DNA of 64,000 nt from Rhodothermales bacterium (GTDB taxonomy: Bacteria; Bacteroidota; Rhodothermia; Rhodothermales; VXPQ01), in assembly GCA_022825385.1 (NCBI GenBank), contig JAJDWX010000037.1:3748-67747 (forward strand), given 5' to 3'. The stretch's first letter is position 1. Every line of letters starts with the position of its first letter. Shown here in pieces: positions 62,869 to 64,000 of this stretch. Made by a program: the position numbers and the translations under genes. Under the pieces are notes generated by a model. It ran no database searches and had not been told where the DNA came from. It was given only the letters and a program-made list of their open reading frames with translations.

Positions 62869-64000
62869 GTGTCTGGATCATGTAATCGAGTTCAAAATAC
62901 CGTGGCTATTACCCAGGGCGAGCTTGCCCGCCGACTTCGGGCGGCGCGTGAATCTTGCCAGATGACTCAGGACGAGGTGGCCGACTGCCTCGAACTTTCC
63001 CGTGCGGCCATTTCCCAAATGGAACAGGGTCGCCGCGGGGTGTCGAGCCTGGAGTTGTATCGGCTCGCGCATCTCTACGGACGAGACATTCAGGATTTTC
63101 TGGAAGAGGATTTGTCGGAGGGAGAAACGGTCATGGCGCTTTTCAGGCGGCAACCGGGCGTTGCGATGGATGCAGGCGTTCTGGATTCCCTGCGTCAATG
63201 CATTACCCTGGGACGCGAGATCACCAATCTGGAGCGTCGCCTCGGACTGGATCGCGGGTTGGCTACGATTCCGATTTATCCAGTTCCGGCCCCGGATTCC
63301 AAATGGGATGCAGTGCAGCAGGGCGGGAGCGTAGCGGCGAAAGAGCGTCATCGCCTCAACCTGGGCGCTGCGCCGCTGCCGGATGTGGTCGATCTTCTGG
63401 AAAGCCAGAGGATTCGCACGGCGCAGGTGGATTTACCCGACGATATATCCGGATTGACCCTGATCGACGCCCGGCATGGCATATTGGTCGCGGTCAATCG
63501 TCGGCACCATGTTTTGCGACGACGTTTTTCGTGCGCGCACGAGTATGCCCATGTACTTTTTGACCGTGAAATCCGCGGTATGCTGAGCCGTTCGAGCGAC
63601 CGCGCCAATCTGAACGAGGTCCGCGCCAATGCGTTTGCGGCGGCTTTCCTGATGCCCGAGGGGGCTGTTCGATCTTTTGTATACGGTCTTGCCAAAGGGC
63701 GTCCCAGCCGGGCCCGGATGGATGTATATGATGGGGAGGTCGCTCTGCATGCAGAGGGGCGCATGGAACCGGGAAGCCAGGATATTCAAATGCATGACTT
63801 GGTCCGGATTTCCCATCACTTTGGCGTGAGTCGCGCCGCCATGCTGTATCGTCTGAAAGATATTCGCATGATTAACGAGACCGAACGAACGACGCTGGCC
63901 GCCGAAGACCAAGCGGGTCGCGGTCGCGCGATAAGCGAAATTCTTGGCCTTCCCGAACTAGATCATGAGGCCGAAAGGAATCGGTTTCATTCGCGGTTTC
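62869..64000 (+). CDS. XRE-family HTH fused to an ImmA/IrrE metallopeptidase (3' end outside window)
   Basis: Hand translation (the ORF is not in the track because it runs off the window). HTH: ITQGELARRLRAARESCQMTQDEVADCLELSRAAISQMEQGRR. Zinc motif: FSCAHEYAHVLFD (HExxH), then ANAFAAAFLMPE. Confidence 0.8.
   Translation, partial: MSGSCNRVQNTVAITQGELARRLRAARESCQMTQDEVADCLELSRAAISQMEQGRRGVSSLELYRLAHLYGRDIQDFLEEDLSEGETVMALFRRQPGVAMDAGVLDSLRQCITLGREITNLERRLGLDRGLATIPIYPVPAPDSKWDAVQQGGSVAAKERHRLNLGAAPLPDVVDLLESQRIRTAQVDLPDDISGLTLIDARHGILVAVNRRHHVLRRRFSCAHEYAHVLFDREIRGMLSRSSDRANLNEVRANAFAAAFLMPEGAVRSFVYGLAKGRPSRARMDVYDGEVALHAEGRMEPGSQDIQMHDLVRISHHFGVSRAAMLYRLKDIRMINETERTTLAAEDQAGRGRAISEILGLPELDHEAERNRFHSRF

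Noticed and set aside
62878-63764. Minus-strand ORFs (62878-63351 and 63348-63764) opposite the XRE-ImmA gene.
   Set aside because: The + strand frame carries clear HTH and HExxH motifs along with a promoter and RBS. The minus-strand ORFs have no motifs.

Overview
High-GC (about 65%) chromosomal segment, probably from a Bacteroidota/Rhodothermia-like organism. This is suggested by a parA-parB-DUF5683 arrangement, TonB, sulfatase, PSCyt1 cytochrome and CBM9/Gfo-Idh-MocA genes. Most of the window is housekeeping or nutrient-uptake backbone: rpiA, nnr, accD, tsaB, an EF-G paralogue, sbcB, purU, holB, ggt, three SSS symporters, two nucleoside transporters and one tRNA-Met(CAT). No rRNA or CRISPR array was seen. 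The backbone is interrupted by several compositionally distinct accessory patches. (1) A split OLD-like ATPase + Toprim-like pair sits at the left edge. (2) A PIN/RHH toxin-antitoxin cassette is flanked by a perfect 28-bp direct repeat. (3) Two tandem 254-bp structured repeats with terminal inverted repeats lie upstream of EF-G, and fragments of the same element lie upstream of two other genes. (4) A very AT-rich EcoRV-like R-M remnant (half-length endonuclease plus intact Dam-family methylase) is followed by a Fic gene. (5) A 4.3-kb islet is bounded by 134-bp direct repeats. It carries vapBC, three tandem copies of an unrecognised ~60-aa protein family, a truncated HicB-like ORF and a DUF262-DUF1524-HEPN (GmrSD-like) fusion. 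(6) A 2.5-kb tandem segmental duplication holds a two-module secreted-protein gene plus a DUF4143 AAA ATPase. The second copy has a microhomology deletion, and copy 1 has a 10-nt poly-C tract at its start codon. (7) An XRE-ImmA/IrrE gene with a near-consensus promoter runs off the right edge. All family calls come from motif recognition by eye, and no database search was run.
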